This document shows, in pieces, positions 17,624 through 28,026 of a DNA stretch of 59,880 nt (positions are counted from its first letter, which is position 1; the number at the start of each line of letters is the position of its first letter). Position numbers and translations under genes: made by a program. The stretch comes from a virus (taxonomy: Duplodnaviria > Caudoviricetes): positions 1 through 59,880 of IMG/VR virus record IMGVR_UViG_3300025888_000275. One strand, given 5' to 3'. The notes under the pieces were generated by a model, which ran no database searches, was not told where the DNA came from, and was given only the letters and a program-made list of their open reading frames with translations.

Positions 17624-19234
17624 ATGTCGAAAAAACTTGGAAAATTTCAGGAATTAAAATCGATTGCCCTCCGCATGTTGGGTAAGGCTGATTTTGATAA
17701 AGATCCTGATGGAAAAGCTTTCCTTACCGATGACGATAAGGCAAAGATGAAGTCGGCATTTTCGGATGAGTTCATTACGAAATTTGAAAATGCTTTGGAT
17801 TTGTCGGCTGAACTGGACGAACAGCAAGCTTCGGCTACCGCTACTTTGGACCAGTTGAAGTCGGAACACCAAACAGCTCTTGAAACTGCCGTTTCGCAGG
17901 CCAATGCGGCCACCGATCGCGCAACGAAAGCTGAAACTGAAAAAGTACGGTTGGAAGCTGAAAAGAAAGCTTTGCAGGAAACCGTTGATGTATTGAGCCA
18001 TGAAGCTGAAGTGGATGCTCCAGCCGAACGTATTCTTTCGCCTTTGGCAGGGAACGGAGCTGGTGCTGTTAAAGCATGGAACCATGTTAAGGCTGACCGC
18101 AAAAGTTTTCACAACCAGATGGCATTTAGCTACCTGGAAACAGGGGATTCGAGCAAGCTTATTTTGGCACAAGCCACGGATTCGTTTAACTACGGCGCTG
18201 TAAAAGCCAGTGGAAACACGATTAATACCGAAGAGCTTACACGAGAATTTGGTGATTACATGAGCCAATTCAAAATTGAGCTTGAAATCAAGAAGCTTTT
18301 AACCCAGCCAACTGAGAGCCAGAAATACATGACTACCAAAATGGCCATTAAGAGCTGGAAAGCTTCGAAAGCTAAAATTACCAGCATTGTCCAGCAATTT
18401 GTTGCACTGTGGACCCCGCTTGGTAACTCTACTTTCTCGCCGATTGAAATCATCAACCGCAGGCATAAAATTAACGTGCCTATTACCCCGAACGACATTA
18501 CTGACGGATGGTTGACTTACCTGTACAAGGAAGAAGTAACCCCTGACCAAATGCCTATTACCCGGTACATCATTGAACAATTACTTCGCCCTCAAATTGC
18601 GGAGGATATTGAATTGTTGTTGATTGCCACCGGTGTTTACGAAGAGCTGGGAGACGGCATTGTAACTGGAGACTCAGGTCAGGCTACAGGAAAATCGATG
18701 GATGGTTATCTGACCATTTTGAAAGCGCTGAAGGCTAACCCTGCCACGGTTGCCAATTTCTTTGATCCTACTACTGTAGTTGACGGTTTTACCGGAATTG
18801 ATGAAAACAATGTGCTGGTTTTAATTGACGGCTACACCAAATGGATCAAAGCCATTGCCCCTAAGTATCATGCCAAAGGTTTGAACATGTTGATTGACCC
18901 TGAAATTATGGACCTGTACAACTACGCTTACCGCGATAAGTTTGCAGATACCAAAAATCAGGATGGTGAACGTAAGGGACCTGACTTCTCGAAACTGACC
19001 TTTGTCCCGTTGGAAGCCATGCGTGGATCGGGAGTATTCTTCTGTACCCCAACCGATAATTTCATCAGGTTAATCCATACCAACGAAGCCGGTGCAGGCA
19101 CCAACCTGCAACTTCAGGTACAGGATTATACCGTTAAGATTTTCGGTGAGTTCTGGCTTGCCTGCGGTTTTGCCTTGCAGGAATTGATTTTCGCTTATGT
19201 CCCTGAAACAGAATCCAGCGGATCTGGTGCATAG
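17624..19234 (+). CDS. Major capsid protein with N-terminal coiled-coil scaffold
   Basis: Follows the protease; coiled-coil N-terminus; 536 aa; ends ESSGSGA. Confidence 0.7.
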   Translation: MSKKLGKFQELKSIALRMLGKADFDKDPDGKAFLTDDDKAKMKSAFSDEFITKFENALDLSAELDEQQASATATLDQLKSEHQTALETAVSQANAATDRATKAETEKVRLEAEKKALQETVDVLSHEAEVDAPAERILSPLAGNGAGAVKAWNHVKADRKSFHNQMAFSYLETGDSSKLILAQATDSFNYGAVKASGNTINTEELTREFGDYMSQFKIELEIKKLLTQPTESQKYMTTKMAIKSWKASKAKITSIVQQFVALWTPLGNSTFSPIEIINRRHKINVPITPNDITDGWLTYLYKEEVTPDQMPITRYIIEQLLRPQIAEDIELLLIATGVYEELGDGIVTGDSGQATGKSMDGYLTILKALKANPATVANFFDPTTVVDGFTGIDENNVLVLIDGYTKWIKAIAPKYHAKGLNMLIDPEIMDLYNYAYRDKFADTKNQDGERKGPDFSKLTFVPLEAMRGSGVFFCTPTDNFIRLIHTNEAGAGTNLQLQVQDYTVKIFGEFWLACGFALQELIFAYVPETESSGSGA

Positions 19235-19295
19235 GAAGTGTGATTTTATGCCGGTTAATCCCGGCATAATTTAACCCTCTAAAAAAATATACGAG

Positions 19296-19838
19296 ATGTT
19301 ATTACTATTTGTAAAAGTATCGGTATTGAAAAAGTCCGACAATGCAGGTCGGCCTGAAGCCCATAAAGACAAAATAGTTTTGTTTCCATGGGACGACGTT
19401 GAAACCATACCAGCAAGGAATGCCAATGGTGTTTTGATTGCCGGGGACCTTGTGATGAAAAGCGGTAAAACGGCCATTGAGATTTATGCGACCCCAAAAA
19501 CCATGAAAGCATGGGACGTAAGTTCGGGCGATCCGGACAAGAAAGGGTTTATTCACCACCTGGAATTTGAACACCCGGGAGATGAAATTGAATACGCTGA
19601 ATTCGCTGAAAACTGGCTAAACGTGAACTGTGGGGCCATTGTACAGAAATGGGACGGCACCCGTAAACGTATGCTTGGTTCGCCTGGTTGCCCTATACAA
19701 TTTCAGCACGAAGGAAAGAATGACTCTGAATCGGTTACCAACATGGTAAAGTTTGAATCGTTTTTCCCTGACCAGAAAATTGCACACTACGAAGGAGCAA
19801 TCCCAGTGTTGGATAGCGGTAGCGGAAGCGGATCGTAA
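19296..19838 (+). CDS. Putative major tail tube / structural protein
   Basis: Follows the capsid gene; beta-rich 180 aa; ends DSGSGSGS. Confidence 0.5.
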   Translation: MLLLFVKVSVLKKSDNAGRPEAHKDKIVLFPWDDVETIPARNANGVLIAGDLVMKSGKTAIEIYATPKTMKAWDVSSGDPDKKGFIHHLEFEHPGDEIEYAEFAENWLNVNCGAIVQKWDGTRKRMLGSPGCPIQFQHEGKNDSESVTNMVKFESFFPDQKIAHYEGAIPVLDSGSGSGS

Positions 19839-19934
19839 AGCCCCACCCCAACCCTCCCCAGAGGGGAGGGGGTAAAAAACACCAAAGATGCTGCTGCTTC
19901 ACACACGGCAGCATCTTTAATAAATTTCAGGGAC

Positions 19935-20969
19935 ATGGAAGACAAAGAAAATCGCAGTGGTCAGTGGTCAGTAGCAGTGGTCAGTGGTCAGTCGCAGTGG
20001 TCAGTGGTCAGTCGCAGTGGTCAGTCGCAGTCGCAGTTGGCAGAAAAAAGGAGTTCGAAGTGCCTAGAGTTCGAAGTGCCTAAAGTTAGGAGAACAAAGA
20101 CTGTAGAAAAACGGCGCTCGTCCGTAAAAATATTTTATCCGTATTGGGCTGGTGCAAGCAAATGGGAAGAACTACGCTACTCGCTTCGGAGCCTTGAAAA
20201 AAATTTCAAAGAAGATTTTGTTGTTTACCTGGTTGGGGATTGCCCTGACTTCCTTCGACAAGCTCAGGAACCGAAGACGGGAGAATGGAGACGGGAGAAC
20301 GGAGAACAGGAAAGTGATCAGTCGCAGTTTACAGAAAACGTAGTGCATATACCATATAAGCGAGATGATACGCGGAGTGGGTTGTGGAATACGACGCGGA
20401 TGATGGAGGTTTTTATGAAAGAAGCGAATTTCACGAATCAGGACGAATTTCACGAAAGTGGGGATTTGTTTGTGCGGATGAATGATGATGTGTATTTGAT
20501 TGGTGAGCGGACGCTGGAGGATTTGATGGTAACCCGGATTGTACGGATGCCTGAAGAGGTGGCGGCTATCCGGTCGGGAAGCGCAACGTGGCGCAGACAG
20601 GTTTTATCGACTCACGAGGAACTTATAAACAGGGAATACCCAGGGTATATGACTGAATCGCATTGCCCGGAAGTGTTTTCGGGCCGATTGATGAACCTCA
20701 TTTACCAGGCTTTTACTTTGCCCGAAAGTGAATTACTGCCCAGCACTCTTTATTACAATGTATTTCCATACCAACACCAGTTGCTTGACAGGAAGACTGA
20801 ACGCGCCCTTTTTTATGGGGAAGAGAATGCGTTTAGTTATTCGTCGGACCGTGTGGCCAAAAAATGCAGGGACAAATATTTTTTAAACCATAATGATTCG
20901 GGACTGAACGAGGAACTGAAGCGGTTTATTGAAGATATGTTTTCAGAGAAAAGCAGGTTTGAAAAATAA
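19935..20969 (+). CDS. Stealth-like sugar-phosphotransferase / glycosyltransferase
   Basis: EELRYSLRSLEKN, VYLVGD.P, MNDDVY, FLNHND motifs; N-terminus built from repeats. Confidence 0.6.
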   Translation: MEDKENRSGQWSVAVVSGQSQWSVVSRSGQSQSQLAEKRSSKCLEFEVPKVRRTKTVEKRRSSVKIFYPYWAGASKWEELRYSLRSLEKNFKEDFVVYLVGDCPDFLRQAQEPKTGEWRRENGEQESDQSQFTENVVHIPYKRDDTRSGLWNTTRMMEVFMKEANFTNQDEFHESGDLFVRMNDDVYLIGERTLEDLMVTRIVRMPEEVAAIRSGSATWRRQVLSTHEELINREYPGYMTESHCPEVFSGRLMNLIYQAFTLPESELLPSTLYYNVFPYQHQLLDRKTERALFYGEENAFSYSSDRVAKKCRDKYFLNHNDSGLNEELKRFIEDMFSEKSRFEK

Positions 20970-21095
20970 AAAAATTGACTATTAGACTATTTACGATTTA
21001 CGATTTGGAACAGATTGCTTCGTGCCTCGCAATGACGATCTAATCAGCGCGCGTTAAATAGTAAATAGTAAATAAAAAAAATAGTAAATAAAAAA

Positions 21096-23231
21096 ATGGT
21101 ACGGCTGGCTAAACTGATATTGCATTTTAATACTCCGGAGTTGACGGAAAATTTATGTCGGATGGTTCCGGGGGCTATTGTGATTGATAATGGTTCGACC
21201 AAATACCCCTACACGGGAAAGAACCGATGTATCAGGCAGGGAAATTTTGGATTTACAAAGGGATGGAACGCGGGAATAAAAGCAGTATATAAGGAGTTTG
21301 ATGCTTTTTGGCTGATGAATTCGGATATAAAACCATGGGGTGATTGCGTTGCGCAGGTTGAAAAATTATTGAACCACAACCCAGCCGTTCAGTTTTTCAC
21401 CCCGGCTTATAATTGCTGGATGAAACATTGCCAGCCCCAAAATCAAGTTGGCAGTCGCAGTATTCAGTCGCAGTTAGTGGAGACGAATGTGATGGAGTTT
21501 ACCGCGCCGGTGATCCGGAAAAAAGTTTTTGAGAAGATTGGATTTTTTGACGAGTTGTTTGCTAAAGGATATGGCGTTGAGTTTGATTTTTGCTACAGGG
21601 CCAGAAAAGCCGGAATACAAATGCATGTTGACCACCGTATGACATTTTACCACTTAGGCCAGCAAACGATTAATCAGCATGAAGGGATACTGGCATACAG
21701 CAATGAGGCCAATGCAGAACTAACGACCGGACTACGGGCAAAATATGGACCTGACTATAAAAGACTTGTAATGAACGGACTAAAAATTAAAACAGACCTT
21801 GAAATGAAAATAGCTATTTACACCACCATTTTTGGCGATTACGACACGCTGAAAGAAATGCCAACTCAGGAAGTTGGAGCTGATTTATTTGTGATAACGG
21901 ATAAGCCCCTCCTAAATCCTCCCCAAAGGGGAGGACTTAAAGAATGGAATGTGATTGTGCCGGAGTTTCCGAGGAAGGATTTGCACCCCAGGATGCGGGC
22001 TAAGTTTTTCAAACTTTTCCCGTGGGAAATTGAGCAATTGAAAAAATACGACATTACAATTTATATCGATGCTTCGATACGGATTACTTCGGGAAACTTT
22101 GTGGCGACTTGCGTGAAAAACCTCACCAATGGTTTTTTGCTCTTTAAACACCCGCAGCGCAATTGCATTTACCAGGAGGGGGATGCTTCGCTTTCGCTTA
22201 TCAAATACCAATCGGAACCCATTAAAGAACAGTTGGATTTTTACAGGCGATTTCATCCTGCAAATTCGGGACTGTATGCCTGTGGGATCATGATCAGGAA
22301 AAATACGGAATTGGTCCGCAAGATTATGGGCGACTGGTGGTGGGAGATCATGAAATATTCGTACCAGGACCAGCTTTCGTTACCGGTAGTTTTACGGGCG
22401 AATAAGTTTACCCCGTCCACATTCGCGGAGAACCAGTATAAGAATGGATTTTTGAGGGTGGAGTGGCATGATGATAAAAGCCCCACCCAAACCCTCCCCG
22501 AAGGAGAGGGCTTAAAAAAAGACGAACCATTTTTTACGGTACTGATGCCGGTGTGGAAAACTCCTGTGGATTTACTTCGAAAAGCTATTGTTTCGATTGT
22601 CAATCAGTATTTCAGAGATTTTGAATTAGTGATTGTGGATGATAATAATCAGGATGAAGAATTGGTAAAAGTACTTAATGGCTTTGATGATGGTATCAGA
22701 GTTAGAGTTATCAGGACTACTGAGAATAAAGGATTGGCGGCAACATTGGATTTTGGCATTGGACAGGCAAAAGGGAAATACATTGTCAGGATGGATTCGG
22801 ACGATGTGGCGCATAAGGATTTGTTACAAAAGCATTATGACCATATACAAAATAATCCGGATACGGTACTATGCGGGGTTCAACTGAACCTGATGAAGGA
22901 CGGGAAGTTATCAAGAATAACCAATCACCCGAAAACTATTGACCGAAACCGTGCAGCTACTGTTAAAAGCTTTTGGTTGGTGAATCATCCTGGGGTGTGC
23001 TATAAGCGCGATGTTGTACTGGAACTTGGCGGATATGGAGATACACCGCCGCAGCTTGCTGAAGATTACGCGCTTTGGTGTAAATTTTTGAATGCCGGAT
23101 ATGTGATTGAAAACTTACCTGATGTTTTGATTGATTACCGGTTGGGAGATGGCAGCCAGATTGGACAGAACCGGAAGGGAGATGAATGGGTGATTTGGCT
23201 GGAGAAGTGGAAGAAAAGTCTGAACCACTGA
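21096..23231 (+). CDS. Three-domain glycosyltransferase (GT2 + DUF616/TOD1-like + GT2)
   Basis: IDNGS, NFGFTKGWN, MNSD, GFFDE; IYTTIFGDYD, YIDAS, HPQRNCIYQE, QDQLSLP; VLMPVW, VDD, RMDSDD, EDYALW. Confidence 0.85.
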   Translation: MVRLAKLILHFNTPELTENLCRMVPGAIVIDNGSTKYPYTGKNRCIRQGNFGFTKGWNAGIKAVYKEFDAFWLMNSDIKPWGDCVAQVEKLLNHNPAVQFFTPAYNCWMKHCQPQNQVGSRSIQSQLVETNVMEFTAPVIRKKVFEKIGFFDELFAKGYGVEFDFCYRARKAGIQMHVDHRMTFYHLGQQTINQHEGILAYSNEANAELTTGLRAKYGPDYKRLVMNGLKIKTDLEMKIAIYTTIFGDYDTLKEMPTQEVGADLFVITDKPLLNPPQRGGLKEWNVIVPEFPRKDLHPRMRAKFFKLFPWEIEQLKKYDITIYIDASIRITSGNFVATCVKNLTNGFLLFKHPQRNCIYQEGDASLSLIKYQSEPIKEQLDFYRRFHPANSGLYACGIMIRKNTELVRKIMGDWWWEIMKYSYQDQLSLPVVLRANKFTPSTFAENQYKNGFLRVEWHDDKSPTQTLPEGEGLKKDEPFFTVLMPVWKTPVDLLRKAIVSIVNQYFRDFELVIVDDNNQDEELVKVLNGFDDGIRVRVIRTTENKGLAATLDFGIGQAKGKYIVRMDSDDVAHKDLLQKHYDHIQNNPDTVLCGVQLNLMKDGKLSRITNHPKTIDRNRAATVKSFWLVNHPGVCYKRDVVLELGGYGDTPPQLAEDYALWCKFLNAGYVIENLPDVLIDYRLGDGSQIGQNRKGDEWVIWLEKWKKSLNH

Positions 23232-23341
23232 TTAAGCTGATTAAGGGATTACACTGATTAAATAATTTGAAGATTTGAAAATTTGAAAATTTGAAAATTA
23301 AAAATTTAACCACAGATTTTAACCACAGATTAATACAGATT

Positions 23342-23500
23342 ATGAAAAATTTACTTTTAGTTCAGGATGGTAATGGAAATGTATTATTAAAAGAAACGGT
23401 TATCGCATTTTTTAAACAGGTTTTTTGTATTCACAATTGGATAGAGGTTGGTTATACAAAAGAATGTACAAAATGCCATTCTACAAAAAACAATGACTGA
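23342..23500 (+). CDS. Small Cys/His protein
   Basis: FCIHNW...CTKC; start at 23342. Confidence 0.5.
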   Translation: MKNLLLVQDGNGNVLLKETVIAFFKQVFCIHNWIEVGYTKECTKCHSTKNND

Positions 23501-24476
23501 AGACCAGGCATATAGGATAAGGGAGTGGATCGAGGTCCCGAAACAAGTTCGGGATGACGGGATGCCAGCGATGGATGACGGCGCTTATTTTGAGCTGGGA
23601 TTAGTGTTGCTGGGGGAGGTGATGCCTAACCTGTTTTTTCTGGCAAATATCAGAAGGAAAGGGACTGTTCGTGGATTGGAGACGGTGAAGTTTGAGCTGG
23701 GACAGAAGATCAGGGGGTTTAAATGGCAAGACCGGAGACGGGAGACTGGAGACGGAAGACGGGAGACGGGAGATAATAGCGGGTTGCCGCCCGCCACGTT
23801 CCTCGCGGTTCGCAATGACGCCGGGGTTGCTTCGGCTTCGCCTCGCAATGACGGTTCTGGTAAGCGTTTTGTGTTACGGGAGGAGTTTCCGTTTTTGGTA
23901 AGGGATGATTGCCCGGAGGAGTTTAAGGTGTTGGTGGCTGATATGATTACGGCGCACGATAGATATGTGAACGCACATCCTAAAACATTTGCAGTGGCAA
24001 ATAAGGACAATGAGGCGTGTTTTGCCGTTGCGCGTGTGTTGGTTGAGAATTACCTTAATAACCGTAAGTGCTGGAACGAACTGGAGCATTATAAGAAAAC
24101 CGGTGAGATTTTGGGAGAACATGAATTGTTTGCCAAACGCACCCGCGAAAATGAACTTAAAGAGATGCCTGCTACGGAACTGATGGCTTTGTACCGGAAC
24201 CTTCCTAGAAATATACGCTATTACGGTAAGCTGATTGAGGATGATCCGGACAATGAACTGACAGCTGACCGGATGAAAAAAAAGGAGTGTTTTGAGTGGG
24301 AATTGAAGGTTGTGAAGCGGTTGATGGATGTGAGGGAGAAGAAAAAAGTGGTCAGTCGCAGTAAGCAGTTAAAAAATAAGGAAGTCGGCAAGAAAAAAAT
24401 AATTAATGATTATATGACAAAACTTGAAGAAAAAACCGAGAATTCGGCAAAGGTAAGTTGGAGGCCAGAGAAATAA
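23493..24476 (+). CDS. Hypothetical phage protein with in-frame repeat insertions
   Basis: Start at 23493; LREEFPFL..CP motif; repeat-derived peptides. Confidence 0.65.
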   Translation: MTEDQAYRIREWIEVPKQVRDDGMPAMDDGAYFELGLVLLGEVMPNLFFLANIRRKGTVRGLETVKFELGQKIRGFKWQDRRRETGDGRRETGDNSGLPPATFLAVRNDAGVASASPRNDGSGKRFVLREEFPFLVRDDCPEEFKVLVADMITAHDRYVNAHPKTFAVANKDNEACFAVARVLVENYLNNRKCWNELEHYKKTGEILGEHELFAKRTRENELKEMPATELMALYRNLPRNIRYYGKLIEDDPDNELTADRMKKKECFEWELKVVKRLMDVREKKKVVSRSKQLKNKEVGKKKIINDYMTKLEEKTENSAKVSWRPEK

Positions 24477-24579
24477 GAAATTAGAAATTAGGTGCTGCAA
24501 ATAAGGGTAAGATTGCTTCGTGCCTCGCAATGACGGGTTAAAATAGTAAATAGTAAATAATTAAATAGTAAATAGTATC

Positions 24580-25419
24580 ATGTTAAGCGAGGAAGAAAAA
24601 TTAAAGGCATTGCAGGAAAAGGCTGCTACTGGGAATATCACGGCGCTTCAGATGCTCGATAAGCTGGCATTTGAAAAGCGTGTTGCTGAACTGAAGCAAG
24701 ATATGATGTCGAGCGCTATTTATGATAAGCCTGAGTTAAATGCCGATCTTGTAAAGGATGTCCCTTCGCTTCCGTTTGTTTGTACTGCAATTGAGAAATT
24801 GAAAGACCTGGACATATCAGAGATTGAACGTTATATAAGAAAGGGTGAATTTAGCGCCCTACCTGATCACATGGCTGTTTACATGAAGTGGATGGAGGTG
24901 GCGCATGACTGGTATTATAAATTCAAGGACAAGAACTGGATTATCAGGTACCTGATGGCGCACTGCAAAGATTTGGACGGAAACTGCATTTCGGTGTATA
25001 TGGCGAATAAGGTGTTTACAGATATGCTTTCGTTTTTCTACTCTGATAAGGATTTTAAAAAGAATTCGTGGTTTTTGTACCTGGCTGAGCGCATTATTAT
25101 GGGCGCTGCTATGCTTTGGGAGCTAAACGATTTTGAGGGTTATTACAAGGCATTGGAGAAAGCGGCTTCGGTGATTGAGAAGGTTAACATTGAGGCAACA
25201 AAATCAGACCCAAGATTGCTGGAGCGCCGTCCGCGTTTCTTTGTAACCAGCGCCAAACAGTTGGGAATACCGGAGGCTGACCGTAATGCCCTGGCGCGCC
25301 AGATTGACGAAATGCAAATACCTGAGAGCGTTAAACTAAGGGTAAAGGGTGATTTGGGATATGCTGAACGGAATTTGATGGATGAAGGGGTGAAGGATGA
25401 AATGGAGGAAACGAAGTAA
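24580..25419 (+). CDS. Putative terminase small subunit
   Basis: Helical 279 aa protein directly upstream of terL; positional inference. Confidence 0.45.
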   Translation: MLSEEEKLKALQEKAATGNITALQMLDKLAFEKRVAELKQDMMSSAIYDKPELNADLVKDVPSLPFVCTAIEKLKDLDISEIERYIRKGEFSALPDHMAVYMKWMEVAHDWYYKFKDKNWIIRYLMAHCKDLDGNCISVYMANKVFTDMLSFFYSDKDFKKNSWFLYLAERIIMGAAMLWELNDFEGYYKALEKAASVIEKVNIEATKSDPRLLERRPRFFVTSAKQLGIPEADRNALARQIDEMQIPESVKLRVKGDLGYAERNLMDEGVKDEMEETK

Positions 25420-25420
25420 C

Positions 25421-25547
25421 GCCCCCCTCTAATCCCCCCACAGGGGGGAAGATAAGAACGAAGAAATGAGATTATTGCAATGAATAGAGATATTTATAAA
25501 ATAACGGATCGCAAAAAGCCCCTCCCTGTGGAGGGGTTGGGGAGGCT
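25421..25547. repeat. REPIN-like doublet (family B), representative copy
   Basis: Inverted C-rich/G-rich hairpins around a conserved AAGAAC..ATGAGAT..ATGAATAG..ATAACGGATCG spacer; other copies 35463-35590, 39811-39946, 48577-48706. Confidence 0.75.
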
Positions 25548-25549
25548 AC

Positions 25550-27247
25550 ATGCGGGTAAGTGAGGAAGAGGGTAGTTTGCATTATTCGAGCTGGGTGAAG
25601 ATGAACATCATGCTGGCTAAACCCAGGGATTTATTCCTGTTTGCCGGTCGTGGTACGGGTAAATCGAAGGATATACTTGCGGCACGAAGCGAGGATGTTA
25701 TCAGAGAGATGCCGGGGGCTACCTTCATTTTTACCAGCGATACTTATATTAACCTGATGAACAAGATACTTCCGGCAATTATGGACGGCTGGGAGCAACG
25801 CTATGATTTTTATGACGGTCAGCATTTTGTGTGCGACGTGGAACCGCCTTTGTCGTGGGACAGGCCCATTGAGGGGCGGACATTGACCTACAGCCATACT
25901 ATTTCGACTTATAACGGGTGCCGGTTTTTGCTGACTTCGCTGGACCGGCCCAGTAATAACGCGGGTGCATCGGTAGTACATATTTTTGGTGACGAGGCCA
26001 AATACATGCGCGAGAAGAAACTGAATAAGCTCTTCCCTACCCTGCGCGGTGACCCGAAGTTTTTTGGACATTCGCCTTATTTTTTGGGCAAGACTTTCAC
26101 GAGCGACATGGCGAACCCTTTGGTTGGTGAAGATGACTGGATGTTGCGCATGGAGGCGAATATGAACAGGTCTGAACTGATCAAAGCCATTCAGGTGGGC
26201 AGGATTGTGAATGAGATTGAATATGAATTGTATGATTCCATTGAAAATAAAGCAAGCGAACGGGCAATTGGATTGATCCGTAAAAAGCTTGAACGGTGGG
26301 AGTTTCGGCATTTAATGGCCAGATGGGGAGAAAAAGGAAAGGGAAATACGTTTTTCCAGATGGTGAGTAGTTATGCGAACGCTGATATTTTGACGGAGGA
26401 TTATTTCGACAACTTACTGAAAACACTGGATATTGAGGAGTTTAAGATTTCGGTGCTGAGTATGCGCAAATCGTTGTCGAAGAGCGAACGGTTTTATGCA
26501 CGGTTGGACGAACGCCATTTTTACCCGGATGGATACGATTATTCGCGGGTGGATAGTTACCGGTTGCGGGAAACAATTACTGATAACAGCTTATTGCTGC
26601 GTTATTGCCAGCATGATCAGCCACTGGAGGCTGGAATGGATGTGGGAAACATGCTGAGCCTGGTTATTGGTCAGCCACGGGGAAATGAATACCGGGTACT
26701 GAAGGATTTTTACACTATACCGCCAAAGTGGTTTACTGATTTGGGTGATCAGTTTTGCACGTATTTCGCACACCACCGAAAGAAGGTGCTTTACCTGTAT
26801 TATGACCGGGCAGCCAATAATTTTCAGAAGGTAAAAGAAGATACGGCTACGAAAATGAAAAAGGCGATTGAGTATGACCGATTTGGAAAACAAACGGGTT
26901 GGGAAGTGAAGCTGATGAGCCTGGGACAGGGTAATATTTTGCATACTGAGGAGTATGACCTAATGAACGTTATTATGGACGAGACGGACCGGAGGCTTCC
27001 GAAATTGCTGATTGACCAGTTTAACTGCAAGGAATTGAAAAGCTCGCTGGAGATGGCACCAACAAAGCCGGGAACAGGGAACGAGAAGATACAGAAGGAA
27101 AAGAATAGCGAGAAATTACCGGCGCACCGTTTGCCACTGGAAAGCACCAACATGAGCGATGCGTTTAAATACCTGATTTGCCGTAAGGAATGGCTTGATT
27201 ACTGCAAGGAACATGTGGTGCGGGATTATGAGGTGAAGGTGTACTAA
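25550..27247 (+). CDS. terL: Terminase large subunit
   Basis: Walker A AGRGTGKS, Walker B HIFGDEAKY, nuclease acidic motifs GMDVG, YYDR, SDAFKY. Confidence 0.85.
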   Translation: MRVSEEEGSLHYSSWVKMNIMLAKPRDLFLFAGRGTGKSKDILAARSEDVIREMPGATFIFTSDTYINLMNKILPAIMDGWEQRYDFYDGQHFVCDVEPPLSWDRPIEGRTLTYSHTISTYNGCRFLLTSLDRPSNNAGASVVHIFGDEAKYMREKKLNKLFPTLRGDPKFFGHSPYFLGKTFTSDMANPLVGEDDWMLRMEANMNRSELIKAIQVGRIVNEIEYELYDSIENKASERAIGLIRKKLERWEFRHLMARWGEKGKGNTFFQMVSSYANADILTEDYFDNLLKTLDIEEFKISVLSMRKSLSKSERFYARLDERHFYPDGYDYSRVDSYRLRETITDNSLLLRYCQHDQPLEAGMDVGNMLSLVIGQPRGNEYRVLKDFYTIPPKWFTDLGDQFCTYFAHHRKKVLYLYYDRAANNFQKVKEDTATKMKKAIEYDRFGKQTGWEVKLMSLGQGNILHTEEYDLMNVIMDETDRRLPKLLIDQFNCKELKSSLEMAPTKPGTGNEKIQKEKNSEKLPAHRLPLESTNMSDAFKYLICRKEWLDYCKEHVVRDYEVKVY

Positions 27248-27316
27248 AGCCCCCTCTAAATCTCCCCCAAAGGGGAGACTTTAAAAAGGTTAACCACAGA
27301 TAGAACGGATTATGAG

Positions 27317-27676
27317 TTATTCTAGTTTGAGAGCTTCTTCAATTTTATTAATTGTGTCAGCAAAATTAGGATCTATTTTTTTTCGATTTTCGATATATGA
27401 TGTAAGCATTTGTAATTCGGTAAGGGCCGAAAACGGTTTTATTATTTTGAGATGAATAGCTTTTGCTTCGCCATCAAATTCAAGCATTGGCTTTGTTAGT
27501 GATTTATCCCAACGTTTATATTTCTTACGAAAAGCATTTTTTTCGAAAACCACTTCGAACTGACTTGTTGAATCATCAAAGTCATATCCACAAATATCAC
27601 CATTACGAATAATTTTACCATTAATATCCTTTGTGTGAGTGGGAAACCCTTTAGGTAATTCTGAAATAAAGTCCAT
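27317..27676 (-). CDS. YopX-like protein
   Basis: TKDINGKIIRNGDI...FEVVF resembles the YopX KDKNGKEIYEGDI motif. Confidence 0.6.
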   Translation of the reverse strand: MDFISELPKGFPTHTKDINGKIIRNGDICGYDFDDSTSQFEVVFEKNAFRKKYKRWDKSLTKPMLEFDGEAKAIHLKIIKPFSALTELQMLTSYIENRKKIDPNFADTINKIEEALKLE

Positions 27677-27729
27677 AGATTATATTTTATTACTGAGTAA
27701 AGTTATGGAATATATTCATCCGATGAACT

Positions 27730-28011
27730 TTAAGTCATCGGATGAATGTGGTGGGTGAGGCCGAGGCAGTGGAAGAATGACATGAGATTGTGCAGACGCT
27801 CGTCGGGTGTGTGGCCGTGGGGATGGATGATTACACGTTTTTCGTAGTTGACGGGTGGTTTGCCGAGGCCGAGGAACTGAATCCGGTTGGCGGATTTTAC
27901 GGGCGCATTGACGAGATGGTGGTGCATGGCCAGTTGACTGGCCAGGTGGATAACTTCGTCGGGGGTGGATGAATAGCGGGAAGGGATGATGACCATTTTC
28001 ATATTTACCAT
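27730..28011 (-). CDS. Hypothetical His-rich protein
   Basis: Part of a reverse-strand cluster; A-rich leader. Confidence 0.45.
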   Translation of the reverse strand: MVNMKMVIIPSRYSSTPDEVIHLASQLAMHHHLVNAPVKSANRIQFLGLGKPPVNYEKRVIIHPHGHTPDERLHNLMSFFHCLGLTHHIHPMT

Positions 28012-28026
28012 TTATTTATTTACGAT

